Program-made: the position numbers and the translations under genes
Source of the DNA: Candidatus Latescibacterota bacterium
Lineage (GTDB): Bacteria; Latescibacterota; UBA2968
Direction of reading: 5' to 3'
Assembly (NCBI GenBank): GCA_965207885.1
Contig: OZ242311.1
Location: forward strand, 4,608,001 to 4,672,000
DNA length: 64,000 bases
Part shown: one piece after another, positions 48,322 through 57,370 of the stretch
How positions within the stretch are numbered: the first letter of the stretch is position 1
Layout: each line of letters opens with the position of its first letter
Notes under the pieces: model-generated
Seen by the model: the letters and a program-made list of their open reading frames with translations, nothing else
The model's database searches: none
What the model was told of the DNA's origin: nothing

Positions 48322-50043
48322 ATGAATCTCAGTCCACTAACACTTCGCAGATTATGCGATGAATTGCGGCCTCAGATTGACCATCGCCTGATCCGCGATG
48401 TGTTCCTCGTTGGTCGGCACGATCTGTTTCTGCATCTGGGCGATGCCGGGTATCTCTTGCTTTCCGCACATCCAGGTCGAAGTTGTCTGATGCTGACGCA
48501 ACAGCCCAGCGAGGCCCAGCGCTTACGCATTCCCTGGGCAGATCGCTATTTGCGCGGTGCGGGTATTATTGGCATTGAGCATGTTCCCCACGAACGCATT
48601 GTGCATATCATAGTTCGCAAGCGCGACCGCATTGGCACGGTTACTGATTCCCGCATTATATGTGAATTGATCAACAGGTATGCCAATGTTGTTCTCGTCG
48701 ATATGAGAACGAGCCGAATCCTGGGGGCGCTCAGGTCCGTTCGCGCGCGCCAGAACCGCGTGCGGGAAATAGCTCCGGGAAAATTCTATCAGCCGCCGCC
48801 AGCACTTGACCGCATGCCGCCGGAAAGCGCGAAGCTCTCCTTTTTGGCCGATATTCCCGAAGATGCGCGCGCAGACGCGCTTGTACAACATATTGCGGGG
48901 CTTGACCTTTTATCTGCGCGCGAATTGCTTCATATTGCTGGTTTTGGGGAGAAACGCCCGCTTTCCGCCAGCGATATCGCGAATTTTGCAGAGATTATTC
49001 GCACGTTTTTTGCGAATCCGCCATTTTGTGACGGAGGCCTGCGCGTGCGAGAAGGGGATAATCGCAACGCGGTTTGTGCTCTTGGTATTCGGCATACGCA
49101 GATAGAACAAGCGTATCGCTCGCTCAGCGAAGCTATATCGGATGTTGTGGCGTGCGAAGTCGAGTCTGAGGCTCTTAAAGGGCGGCAAAAAAATATCGAG
49201 AAGGATCTAAAAAATCGCCTGACTGTCTGCGAGCGAAAAATTGGGCGTATCCGCGCAGATATCGACGATGCGGCCAATGCAGATCTGTATGAAAAGATGG
49301 GGAATGTGCTGATGTGTCACATCGCGCAGATTCCTGCGAATGTCGATACCATCACGCTTCCCGATGTATTTGACCCGTCTTGCGAGGATATGGTTATCTC
49401 CCTCAATCCCCGGCGCACGGCCTCGGAAAATGCCAGCGCGTACCTCAAGCGGGCGCAGAAAGCGAGAAAAGGCGCTCCCATTCTCGCCAAACGTCTCGAG
49501 GTAGCACGGAGGGAGAGGGATGAAATTCTGCATTATACAGATCGCCTCAATACTGTCCGTTCGGAAGCCGAGTTCGACGAGATACGGCGGGAACTGGAAG
49601 ATGCGCGCCTGATCAAAGCGCCTAAAAAGAGGCCGCGAGTCAGGTCTAAACGCCAGAGTGGCGATATTCATCCCAGACGGTATCGCACACAGGATGGTTG
49701 GCGCGTGCTGGTGGGTCGAAATAATACGGAAAACGATAGGCTTACCAAAAGTTCAGGCCGAGACGATTTCTTTTTGCATGTTCACGGATGCCCGGGATCC
49801 CATGTGATTCTCAAACGCGATGGCAGAGCGGACCACCCCTCTCGAAAAACGCTTGAAGAAGCGGCCTGTCTGGCGGCTTATTGGAGCAAAGCGCGGGGTG
49901 CTAAACGTGTGCCAGTCAATTATACAGAGGTTCGCTATGTGCAAAAACCGCGTGGGGCACCGCCGGGGCTGGTCACGATTCGGAATGAAAAAACTCTGAT
50001 GGTCTCGCCTCGCGAACTCAAGCGCGAGGATGAATATTCGTAA
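48322..50043 (+). CDS. rqcH: NFACT family ribosome quality control protein (RqcH/FbpA-like)
   Basis: NFACT-N region, coiled coil, NFACT-R VGRNN..ND.LT..LHVHGCPGSHV..AAYWSKA. Confidence 0.85.
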   Translation: MNLSPLTLRRLCDELRPQIDHRLIRDVFLVGRHDLFLHLGDAGYLLLSAHPGRSCLMLTQQPSEAQRLRIPWADRYLRGAGIIGIEHVPHERIVHIIVRKRDRIGTVTDSRIICELINRYANVVLVDMRTSRILGALRSVRARQNRVREIAPGKFYQPPPALDRMPPESAKLSFLADIPEDARADALVQHIAGLDLLSARELLHIAGFGEKRPLSASDIANFAEIIRTFFANPPFCDGGLRVREGDNRNAVCALGIRHTQIEQAYRSLSEAISDVVACEVESEALKGRQKNIEKDLKNRLTVCERKIGRIRADIDDAANADLYEKMGNVLMCHIAQIPANVDTITLPDVFDPSCEDMVISLNPRRTASENASAYLKRAQKARKGAPILAKRLEVARRERDEILHYTDRLNTVRSEAEFDEIRRELEDARLIKAPKKRPRVRSKRQSGDIHPRRYRTQDGWRVLVGRNNTENDRLTKSSGRDDFFLHVHGCPGSHVILKRDGRADHPSRKTLEEAACLAAYWSKARGAKRVPVNYTEVRYVQKPRGAPPGLVTIRNEKTLMVSPRELKREDEYS

Positions 50044-50073
50044 ATTTTTTTACATTTTTTCAAGGGAGATATT

Positions 50074-50805
50074 GTGGCGCGAAAGAGGGTGTTGATTACA
50101 GGTGCAGCAGGGCGTATTGGCGTGGTTCTCACAGATGGCTTGTACGAGCGGTATCAACTGAGGGTGCTTTACAATCGCACAGTTTTAGATCAGAAGTACG
50201 ACGAGGAAGTGATGGTGGGAAATATCACGGATCTGGAGAAGATGGAAGAGGCTGTGGATGGCATGGATGCGGTGGTTCATATGGCGGGCAATCCATCGGG
50301 TGGGGCGACGTTTGAAGAAACTGTGGAGGCAAATATTATCGGTACCTACAATATTTACGAGGCGTGCAAGCGCAAGGGGGTGAAGCGAGTCATTTTTGCC
50401 AGTACAAATCACGTTACTGGCATGTACGAGAAGAAGGGCCCGATTTATACGACCTGGGAAATGCCCGTGCGTCCCGATAGTTATTACGGTGCGAGCAAAG
50501 CGTATGGCGAAGCGTTGGGACGGTATTATGTCGATGCGTATGGCCTGTCTGTGATTTGCCATCGCATTGGGTCTTTTCAGCCCGTGTCTTCTGTTCAGAA
50601 TCGAGGCAGTGACCGCATTTTGTCGTCCTGGCTGAGTTATAAAGATACGGTGCAGCTGACCTGGCGGAGCATTGAGGCACCGGAGAAGATTGATTTTGCG
50701 ATTTATTACGGTATTTCGGGTAATACGCGGGCGTATTGGGATATTCAAAATGCGCGCGAAGAGATCGGGTACGATCCCGTGGATAATGCTGAAGATTATG
50801 TTTAG
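50074..50805 (+). CDS. NAD-dependent epimerase/dehydrogenase (uronate dehydrogenase-like)
   Basis: ITGAAGRIG, FASTNH, RPDSYYGASK, RIGS. Confidence 0.85.
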   Translation: MARKRVLITGAAGRIGVVLTDGLYERYQLRVLYNRTVLDQKYDEEVMVGNITDLEKMEEAVDGMDAVVHMAGNPSGGATFEETVEANIIGTYNIYEACKRKGVKRVIFASTNHVTGMYEKKGPIYTTWEMPVRPDSYYGASKAYGEALGRYYVDAYGLSVICHRIGSFQPVSSVQNRGSDRILSSWLSYKDTVQLTWRSIEAPEKIDFAIYYGISGNTRAYWDIQNAREEIGYDPVDNAEDYV

Positions 50806-50818
50806 TGGGAAATGGGAG

Positions 50819-50852
50819 AAACCGCCGATTGCTCAAGATCGGCGGTTTTTTT
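50819..50852. terminator. Bidirectional terminator
   Basis: AAACCGCCGAT-loop-ATCGGCGGTTTTTTT. Confidence 0.8.
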
Positions 50853-50870
50853 GTGTCTGAATGCGACGGT

Positions 50871-51752
50871 TTATGCGAGGCCGTACATGCGTTTTGCCGA
50901 TGTTATGGTGTTGTACAGGAGCATGGTGATGGTCATGGGACCAACGCCGCCCGGGACGGGTGTGATGGCGCGCGCTTTTTTGCTGATGGCCGTGTAATCG
51001 ACGTCGCCAATGAGGCGATAACCCGCTTTTTTGGATTTGTCGGGTACGCGGTTGACACCGATGTCGATGACGACTGTGCCGTCTTGTACCATATCGGCTG
51101 TGACGGTGTTGGGATGTCCTGTCACCACAATGAGGATATCTGCCTGACGGGTGAAGTGTCCGAGGTCGCGCGTGCCGGTATGGCATAAGGTGACGGTGGC
51201 ATTTGTGGCTTTTTGCGAGAGGATGTTGGCGAGGGGGCGGCCCACCAGAGTGCTGCGCCCCACGATGACGACGTGTTTGCCTGCAACTTCGAAGTTGCCG
51301 CGTTTGAGGATTTGTTGTACGCCGTGAGGCGTGCAGGGTAAAAAGCCTTCTTCGCCGCGCATGAGGCGACCGAGGTTGACCGGGTGGAGGCCATCTACAT
51401 CTTTGTCGGGTGAGATGCTGTTGAGGGCGGTTTGTTCGTCAAAGCCTTCGGGCAGGGGAAGTTGAACGAGGATGCCGTGAATAGTGGGGTCGTCGTTGAG
51501 TTGTTCAATGGTGTTGAGAAGGTCGGATTCGGGCTGGTCGGCTGTCAGGGTGTGTTCAATAGAATACATGCCGATGTCTGCACAGGCTTTGCGTTTGCCT
51601 TTGATGTAGGATATGGATGCCGGGTCGTCGCCGACAAGGACGACTGCGAGGCCAGGGGTGAGGTTGTGCTCTGCTTTGAGGTGCCTGACTTCTTTAGCCA
51701 TTTCTGCGCGCATGGTTTTGGACAGGTCTGTGCCGTTTATGATTTTTGCCAT
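50871..51752 (-). CDS. folD: Bifunctional methylenetetrahydrofolate dehydrogenase/cyclohydrolase
   Basis: GILVQLPLP, KDVDGLHP, PCTP, TPVPGGVGPMT. Confidence 0.97.
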   Translation of the reverse strand: MAKIINGTDLSKTMRAEMAKEVRHLKAEHNLTPGLAVVLVGDDPASISYIKGKRKACADIGMYSIEHTLTADQPESDLLNTIEQLNDDPTIHGILVQLPLPEGFDEQTALNSISPDKDVDGLHPVNLGRLMRGEEGFLPCTPHGVQQILKRGNFEVAGKHVVIVGRSTLVGRPLANILSQKATNATVTLCHTGTRDLGHFTRQADILIVVTGHPNTVTADMVQDGTVVIDIGVNRVPDKSKKAGYRLIGDVDYTAISKKARAITPVPGGVGPMTITMLLYNTITSAKRMYGLA

Positions 51753-51778
51753 GATCGCTTTCTCCCATGTGAATGCCC

Positions 51779-51824
51779 AAAACAAAAATACGCCCGGGCG
51801 ATGTGATTGTTTTTAGCCCAGGCG
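51779..51824 (-). terminator. Riboswitch expression-platform terminator
   Basis: CGCCTGGGC...GCCCGGGCG then TATTTTTGTTTT; the left arm overlaps aptamer P3. Confidence 0.8.
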
Positions 51825-51891
51825 GTCGGCATGTGATATAGTCCAGCGTTTCCTCGTGGTTATTTCCACTTTTCCGCCAGTTACACTGGAG
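51816..51891 (-). ncRNA. ZMP/ZTP (pfl) riboswitch
   Basis: TCCAGTGT-AACTGGCGGAAAA-GTGG..CCAC-GAGGAA-ACGCTGGA..GCCGACCGCCTGGGC: P1, P2, P3 and the GGCG/CGCC pseudoknot; lies upstream of folD. Confidence 0.93.
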
Positions 51892-51961
51892 ATTTCTATA
51901 AATTTAAGGGATTTGTGCAGACAATCCAAATCTTTTTTGGCATTTTACCAGCCCGTATTTT

Positions 51962-53371
51962 TTAAAGGGAAATTGGGTGCTCGAAATCTCTTTCCATTGT
52001 TTCGGGGAGTTGATAGACGTTGCCTTTTTTGTCGCAGAAGTAAAGGCAGGATTTGGATGCACGTCGCGCATTGCCGTCGGCCCAGAGGGCGTAGAAGTCG
52101 GGGTGAGCATTGACGGGGCTTCGGGCATAGGTGTGGTTGCGCATGCTGTTTTGCGTGAGTTGTACGACGCGCTCCCACGTTTGTCCACTGCGTTCCCACA
52201 TCGCCATTTCCCCGCCGGGATTGTAGGGTTGTGGCCCGGTTTCTGTGGGGGCGATGACGCGCCAGGTGCCGTCAGTTTCGAGGTAGAGGGATCCCATGTC
52301 GTAGTTGCTGTCGGATGTGGTGATGGGGTGGGCGTGCCAGTCGCTTCCCGTCCATTGCAATAGGGTCCAGGTGCGCGGGTCATTTTCCGGTCCCGATTCA
52401 TAACCTTTGCTGGTGATGACGAGGATGACGGGATTTCCCTGTGGGTCGAGGCGAATGTCTTTGAGATAGACTTTTCGTCCTTCGGCTGCGTAATCGCGCA
52501 CGAGGGCGTTGTTGTGTGGGGTTGTGAGTGGGACTTCAACGGGTTCACCGGCTGCGTTTTGCCATGTTTGTCCAAAGTCGGGGGTTTCGAGATAGTAGAG
52601 GTTGGTGCGCCAGTTTACGCCGAGAGGGTCGGGGTGATAGTTAAAGGCTGTGACGGCTTTTTGGCTGGAGCATATACTGATTTGATAATGTCCTTTTTCG
52701 ATGGCGGCCAGGCGCGTCCATTCAGACCATTTGACGCCGTTTGGGCTGGTCGTGAAGAAGAGGGTGCGGTCGGCCGGGTCTTTGTAGCGGGTGACAAAGT
52801 TGATGAAACCGCGACCGGGTAAGTGCCAGGCTTGCATGTAGGAGAAGTTGTCCATGGGCTGTTCTTCGCCATTGAAGCGATAGGTTGCGTCAATTTGTTC
52901 AAATTCGTCAATGGCGTAGGGTTTTGCGCTTCGGTGGATATACGAGGGGCGCGATAAGCCGTGTGCGGTTGAGAAGATCCAGATATAGCCGTCGTCGTCT
53001 ATGGATATGACGGGGTTGTCGTGGGCATCGGCTGTGTTTTTGTCGAGGAGGATGGTGGGGCGGGGAACCTGTCGGGTTTTGTGGTCAAAGTAGGAGATCA
53101 TGTGCAGGAGAAAGCCGCTGCGATTGCGCGCGAACGAGCGGTCGCCATTGAGGTCTTCTTTGCTGTGTTTGAGGTGTGCGTCAAGGGGGGTGCCGCCGTA
53201 ACAGAAGAAGGTTTTTTCGACTTCGGGACGGTACACGGCAAAGGGGCGGTGTTTGGCACAGTACGTGCCCAATCCGCCGCTGTATTTGTACACGTATTCA
53301 TCGCCGGATGGCTGGTTGTAATACCATATTCCGCGGTAGCCCGTGTCTTTTTGGTTTAAGGTTAGGGTCAT
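51962..53371 (-). CDS. BNR-4 repeat beta-propeller protein
   Basis: GYRGIWY..YKYSGGLGTY, DAHDNP, SPNGVKW and TPDFGQTW Asp-boxes. Confidence 0.8.
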   Translation of the reverse strand: MTLTLNQKDTGYRGIWYYNQPSGDEYVYKYSGGLGTYCAKHRPFAVYRPEVEKTFFCYGGTPLDAHLKHSKEDLNGDRSFARNRSGFLLHMISYFDHKTRQVPRPTILLDKNTADAHDNPVISIDDDGYIWIFSTAHGLSRPSYIHRSAKPYAIDEFEQIDATYRFNGEEQPMDNFSYMQAWHLPGRGFINFVTRYKDPADRTLFFTTSPNGVKWSEWTRLAAIEKGHYQISICSSQKAVTAFNYHPDPLGVNWRTNLYYLETPDFGQTWQNAAGEPVEVPLTTPHNNALVRDYAAEGRKVYLKDIRLDPQGNPVILVITSKGYESGPENDPRTWTLLQWTGSDWHAHPITTSDSNYDMGSLYLETDGTWRVIAPTETGPQPYNPGGEMAMWERSGQTWERVVQLTQNSMRNHTYARSPVNAHPDFYALWADGNARRASKSCLYFCDKKGNVYQLPETMERDFEHPISL

Positions 53372-53485
53372 GTTTTGCTCCTTTGGAAGAATAGTGGCAG
53401 AGGGTAAAAAAAGGGAAAAGGAAATTCTCGTCAAGTTTCTTGACAAAATTTGGTTTCCTGGCTTCATTGAAAAAATAAGTGCCAT

Positions 53486-53511
53486 GTAGGGGCAGGCTCC
53501 CGTGCCCGCCC
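53486..53511 (+). repeat. GTAG-type REP in the 5' region of the nitroreductase gene
   Basis: GTAGGGGCAGGC-TCCCGT-GCCCGCCC. Confidence 0.65.
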
Positions 53512-53530
53512 GCTCTTAGAAAGGATTATT

Positions 53531-54283
53531 ATGTCGAATTCCACGATTGATGTGTTGATGTCGCACAGGAGTATTCGAAGGTTTGAAGATCGGCCATTGC
53601 CCGATGGGGTGTTGGAGAGTCTGATTCGGTGCGGGCAGCAGGCGAGTACGTCGAGCAATTTGCAGGCTTATACGGCGATTCATGTGGCTGATCCCGAGCG
53701 AAAAAAGAAGTTGGCCGAGTTGTGTGCCGATCAGGTGCAGATTCATCAGAGTGCGGCATTTTTGGCTTTTTGTGCGGATTTGCATCGGGATCGGATGGCG
53801 AATCAGATGCACGGGGTTGAGCGATTTGATGGGGATTATGTCGAGGCGTTGATGATTGCGACGGTGGATGTTGCGCTGATGATGCAGAATGTGGCGATTG
53901 CGGCGGAGTCTATGGGTTTGGGTATTTGTATGATTGGGGCGATGCGGAATAATCCAAAGGCTGTGGGTGAATTACTCGGTTTGCCGCCTTATGTTGTGGC
54001 TGTGTCGGGATTTTGTGTTGGTTATCCAGCGCAGGAACCAGAGGTGAAACCACGCTTGCCCCTCGATGCGGTGTTGCATCGGGAGCGCTATCTGGACGAT
54101 GAGACGCATTCCGCGATTATGAAGGATTACGATGAGAAGATGGTGGAATTTTATGCGTCACAGGGAATGCACGAAGGAGATCAACGCTGGACGACGGTGG
54201 TGGGAGGACGCACCGGGCAATTTCATGTGCGTGAGGAACTGGACGAGTTTCTGACAGCGCAGGGGTTTAAGTTGCGGAGGTGA
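53531..54283 (+). CDS. nfsA: NADPH-dependent flavin oxidoreductase/nitroreductase (NfsA family)
   Basis: HRSIRRF, ASTSSNLQAY, FCADLHR, KPRLP. Confidence 0.85.
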   Translation: MSNSTIDVLMSHRSIRRFEDRPLPDGVLESLIRCGQQASTSSNLQAYTAIHVADPERKKKLAELCADQVQIHQSAAFLAFCADLHRDRMANQMHGVERFDGDYVEALMIATVDVALMMQNVAIAAESMGLGICMIGAMRNNPKAVGELLGLPPYVVAVSGFCVGYPAQEPEVKPRLPLDAVLHRERYLDDETHSAIMKDYDEKMVEFYASQGMHEGDQRWTTVVGGRTGQFHVREELDEFLTAQGFKLRR

Positions 54284-54392
54284 AGGTACGAGACGGTGGG
54301 ATAATGGAATTGGAAAAGCACTTGACCGAATTTCAAGCGTGTATTATATACGCTTGTGACTCGGAAACGAATAACTATACAAGGAGGACCAG

Positions 54393-55040
54393 ATGAAAGT
54401 GCTGATTTTGTCAGGGCCGAACCATCGGTTTGATGCAAGTGCCGAGGTTATCAATGGGTTTTTGGGTGCTGAGGACGATTTGTCTGTGGCGCTTGAAGAC
54501 AATAAGGATGTGCTGACTTCAGACGCTTTGGACGATTTTGATGTGCTGGTACACGGTACGGGATTTACGCGCACAGAGCGGGATGCAGATGGGACGGTGA
54601 ATCGCTTGCCGGATTTGACGCCTGAGCAAGAAGAGGGATTGTTCGATTTTGTGGCGGGTGGCAAAGGTCTGGTGGGTATTCACGGTACGGCATGGTGGAT
54701 TGGTGGGAGAGCGGTGGATTTGATCGGCGGGCACGCAAACTGGCATCCGCCGGGATTGACGTTTACCGTGAATATTGCGGATAACGCGCACCCCATTACA
54801 CAGGGGGTCGATGATTTTGAAGTGGAAGACGAGATTTATATGTCGGCATGGGATCCCGCCGTCCATATTTTGGCAACCGCGGATTGGAGCGATAAGCAGC
54901 ATCCCATGGCATGGGTGAAAGATTATGGCGAAGGACGGGTATTTTACACGACTCTGGGACACGGGCCAGGTACATTTGAGCGGGCGGGGATGCAGCAACT
55001 GGTTACGCAGGGCGTGAAGTGGGCTGGAGGGAACTCGTAA
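54393..55040 (+). CDS. ThuA domain protein
   Basis: GGKGLVGIH, HPITQG..EDEIY, PMAW..YGEGRVFYTTLGH. Confidence 0.9.
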   Translation: MKVLILSGPNHRFDASAEVINGFLGAEDDLSVALEDNKDVLTSDALDDFDVLVHGTGFTRTERDADGTVNRLPDLTPEQEEGLFDFVAGGKGLVGIHGTAWWIGGRAVDLIGGHANWHPPGLTFTVNIADNAHPITQGVDDFEVEDEIYMSAWDPAVHILATADWSDKQHPMAWVKDYGEGRVFYTTLGHGPGTFERAGMQQLVTQGVKWAGGNS

Positions 55041-55690
55041 TGCTTAGATTTGCCGAAGAACTCTTGCTTCTGACACTCGATGACGAGAATGGGAGGTTTG
55101 CGCGCGTGCCAGACCGGCTGATGCGGTACGCGCTGGCTGGCGGTGTGTTGATGGATTTGGCGCTGGAGAATCGGATTGATACGGATCTCAAAAATCTGAT
55201 TCTCGTCGATTCGACTCCGCTTCAGGATAGCTTGCTTGATCCGACGCTGGCGGATATTGCCCAGGCGGACGATACTAAAGATGCGCGCTTTTGGGTGGAA
55301 CGCACCGCGCTTCGCGCAGATACGATTCGAGAAGTGGCACTCAATCGGCTCGTAGAACAGGGTATTCTCAAGCGCGAAGAGGATCGGTTCATGTGGGTAT
55401 TCCAGGCGCGGCGCTATCCCATTGTTGACAATACGGCCGAGCGCGAGGTTAAGCTGAGGATTATGGAGGTGTTGTTTAGCGACCAGATCCCCGGTCCGCG
55501 CGATGTCGTGATTATTGGCCTGGCACATGCGTGCGATATTTTCAAGGAGATTCTGTCCGCACGAGAACTGGCGCGTGTTTCAGATCGAATTGATCAGGTG
55601 CGAAAGCTGGATTTGATCGGTCAGGCTATGTCGCAGGCGATTACAGATATCGAGCTGTCGCTCGCCCTCGCCGTGCAGATGATGCCGTGA
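55040..55690 (+). CDS. GPP34/GOLPH3 family protein
   Basis: AEELLLLTLDD..ALAGGVLMDLALENRI; TAATG stop/start coupling with the ThuA gene. Confidence 0.88.
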   Translation: MLRFAEELLLLTLDDENGRFARVPDRLMRYALAGGVLMDLALENRIDTDLKNLILVDSTPLQDSLLDPTLADIAQADDTKDARFWVERTALRADTIREVALNRLVEQGILKREEDRFMWVFQARRYPIVDNTAEREVKLRIMEVLFSDQIPGPRDVVIIGLAHACDIFKEILSARELARVSDRIDQVRKLDLIGQAMSQAITDIELSLALAVQMMP

Positions 55691-55706
55691 GAAGTGTGAA
55701 GGGGAT

Positions 55707-55740
55707 TAGTCGTAGGGGCCCTTGTGGTCCCCCGCGACTA
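55707..55740. repeat. Degenerate GTAG-type REP hairpin
   Basis: TAGTCGTAGGGGCCCTTGTGGTCCCCCGCGACTA. Confidence 0.5.
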
Positions 55741-55763
55741 TGAGCTATTATGTTAAGCAATAG

Positions 55764-55803
55764 AAAAGCCGCTTTGCTGAAGTCCCAGCAAGGCGGCTTT
55801 TTT
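55764..55803. terminator. Bidirectional terminator
   Basis: AAAAGCCGCTTTGCTG-loop-CAGCAAGGCGGCTTTT. Confidence 0.8.
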
Positions 55804-55829
55804 GAGGTCCCGCTGTAGTGAGGCAGAAG

Positions 55830-56117
55830 TTACACGCCTTCGGCGATTATCACGGAGGCGGTGGCGGACCTCAGGCGGATCTCTTTGAGTCTGGCGTATT
55901 CCGGGGAATTTAGCCACGTCCTCGCCTGTTCAACGCTGTCGAATTCTACCACTACCATGCGGTCGGGTATCCAATCGCCCTCTATCGCCTCAGTGACACC
56001 GCCTCGCACCAGGTATTTGCCGCCGTGAGCCTCAACGGTCGCTGCAATCCCTTTTTGAAACTCAGCGAAGACAGCCTGGTCCGTTATTCCGTTATTCAAA
56101 ATTACATATCCAGCCAT
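55830..56117 (-). CDS. DUF1330 family protein
   Basis: HGGKYLVRGG..EGDW..VVVEFDS..WLNSPEY. Confidence 0.92.
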   Translation of the reverse strand: MAGYVILNNGITDQAVFAEFQKGIAATVEAHGGKYLVRGGVTEAIEGDWIPDRMVVVEFDSVEQARTWLNSPEYARLKEIRLRSATASVIIAEGV

Positions 56118-56207
56118 GTTGACTTCTCCTTTTATGTGAGTACTGCGTAGATGGTAATGCCGATTTTACTATAAGCAAGAATCTAAAGTTTTTGTCAACA
56201 CCCTTTT

Positions 56208-57263
56208 TTATGGATATTTGGTGTCGCTCGTATCCTCAATGGGTCCGTCTCTGGTTTGCAATCGCATCCCGGTGTTATTGGCGCGCGTGCTCCAGACTTG
56301 CCCCGAGATGGCAGCGTGCTTCCGTAAGGCTGTTAGCAACTGCGCCTTGACTACATCATCTGAGGTCTCATCGGCGTCAAAGAATCCGAAGACTGTGGAT
56401 CCAGTTGACGAAAGGCCACACCCAACAATGCCGGCCACCTCGTTAAACCCGCGCCGAACCGCCTGAAGCGGGGCGAGTTCTGGTCGCTCCCAATGTCGCC
56501 GCTTCCAGCCAGTCTCCTGCAGGGCACTCACTGATGATCCAAACGCCGGCAGGTCGAACTCCAGGATCGCGGACAGGAGTTGCATCAGGATCACATGCGA
56601 CACCGCTTGAACCTCATTCAGTGGTATCGGTGTGTTAGCGACCATGAATTCAAGTTCTCGCTGGCCCGATAGCCCGCCCAAATCCCGAGGTCTGAACAGG
56701 ACCACGCCCCAGTGAACTGGAAATTCGTAGCGAAGTAAGAGAGGCGGTTGACGCACATCGCGGGCAAAGCGGCTGGGCGCAAAGAAGTCCTTATCCCGGT
56801 CAACGGAGTGGCCGCCATCCAGTAGCAGACCGCCCCATTGGAATGCACCAATGCCGATGCCCGACGTACCCCCTCGCGTCGATATTTCTGTCAGTTTGGA
56901 CTGTGACAGGTTCAGTTCGAAGCAGTGATTCAGTGCCGCCAGCAAGGACAGCCTCCACTGGGTACCCGAACCAAGCCCATGATGGGGAGGGATCGTCTCG
57001 CGGATAACGACCTGCAAGGCTGGATCAACATCCAGCAACTCGCTGCTGGATATGAGTTCTCTCATCACGAACTTTCGTAGCCTGGCGTCGCCACCACGCA
57101 CGTTGGCGTGCCCGTGGGAGCAGAAGTCGAACACGATTCCCGGTTGTTCCAGCGCAACGCCGAGACCGCCGTCGATGCGACCCAGTTGACCGTTCATGTC
57201 AACGAGCGTGAAATGCAAACGCGACGGGGTGCGAATGCGATTGTGAGTGAAGGTTGAGGACAT
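56208..57263 (-). CDS. Beta-ribofuranosylaminobenzene 5'-phosphate (beta-RFAP) synthase family, GHMP fold
   Basis: TPSRLHFTLVDMNGQLGRIDGGLGVAL, PHHGLGSGTQ, RGGTSGIG..DGGH, GLSSTG. Confidence 0.85.
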   Translation of the reverse strand: MSSTFTHNRIRTPSRLHFTLVDMNGQLGRIDGGLGVALEQPGIVFDFCSHGHANVRGGDARLRKFVMRELISSSELLDVDPALQVVIRETIPPHHGLGSGTQWRLSLLAALNHCFELNLSQSKLTEISTRGGTSGIGIGAFQWGGLLLDGGHSVDRDKDFFAPSRFARDVRQPPLLLRYEFPVHWGVVLFRPRDLGGLSGQRELEFMVANTPIPLNEVQAVSHVILMQLLSAILEFDLPAFGSSVSALQETGWKRRHWERPELAPLQAVRRGFNEVAGIVGCGLSSTGSTVFGFFDADETSDDVVKAQLLTALRKHAAISGQVWSTRANNTGMRLQTRDGPIEDTSDTKYP

Positions 57264-57370
57264 CGGCAGCCTCTGTGGAAATGGTCGAGCAACGGGTGCT
57301 GGATACGAAGCTGTGGTAACGCAGAAGTTATTCGACGATGATAGATTTGATTTTGTGTGTTCTGTCAATA

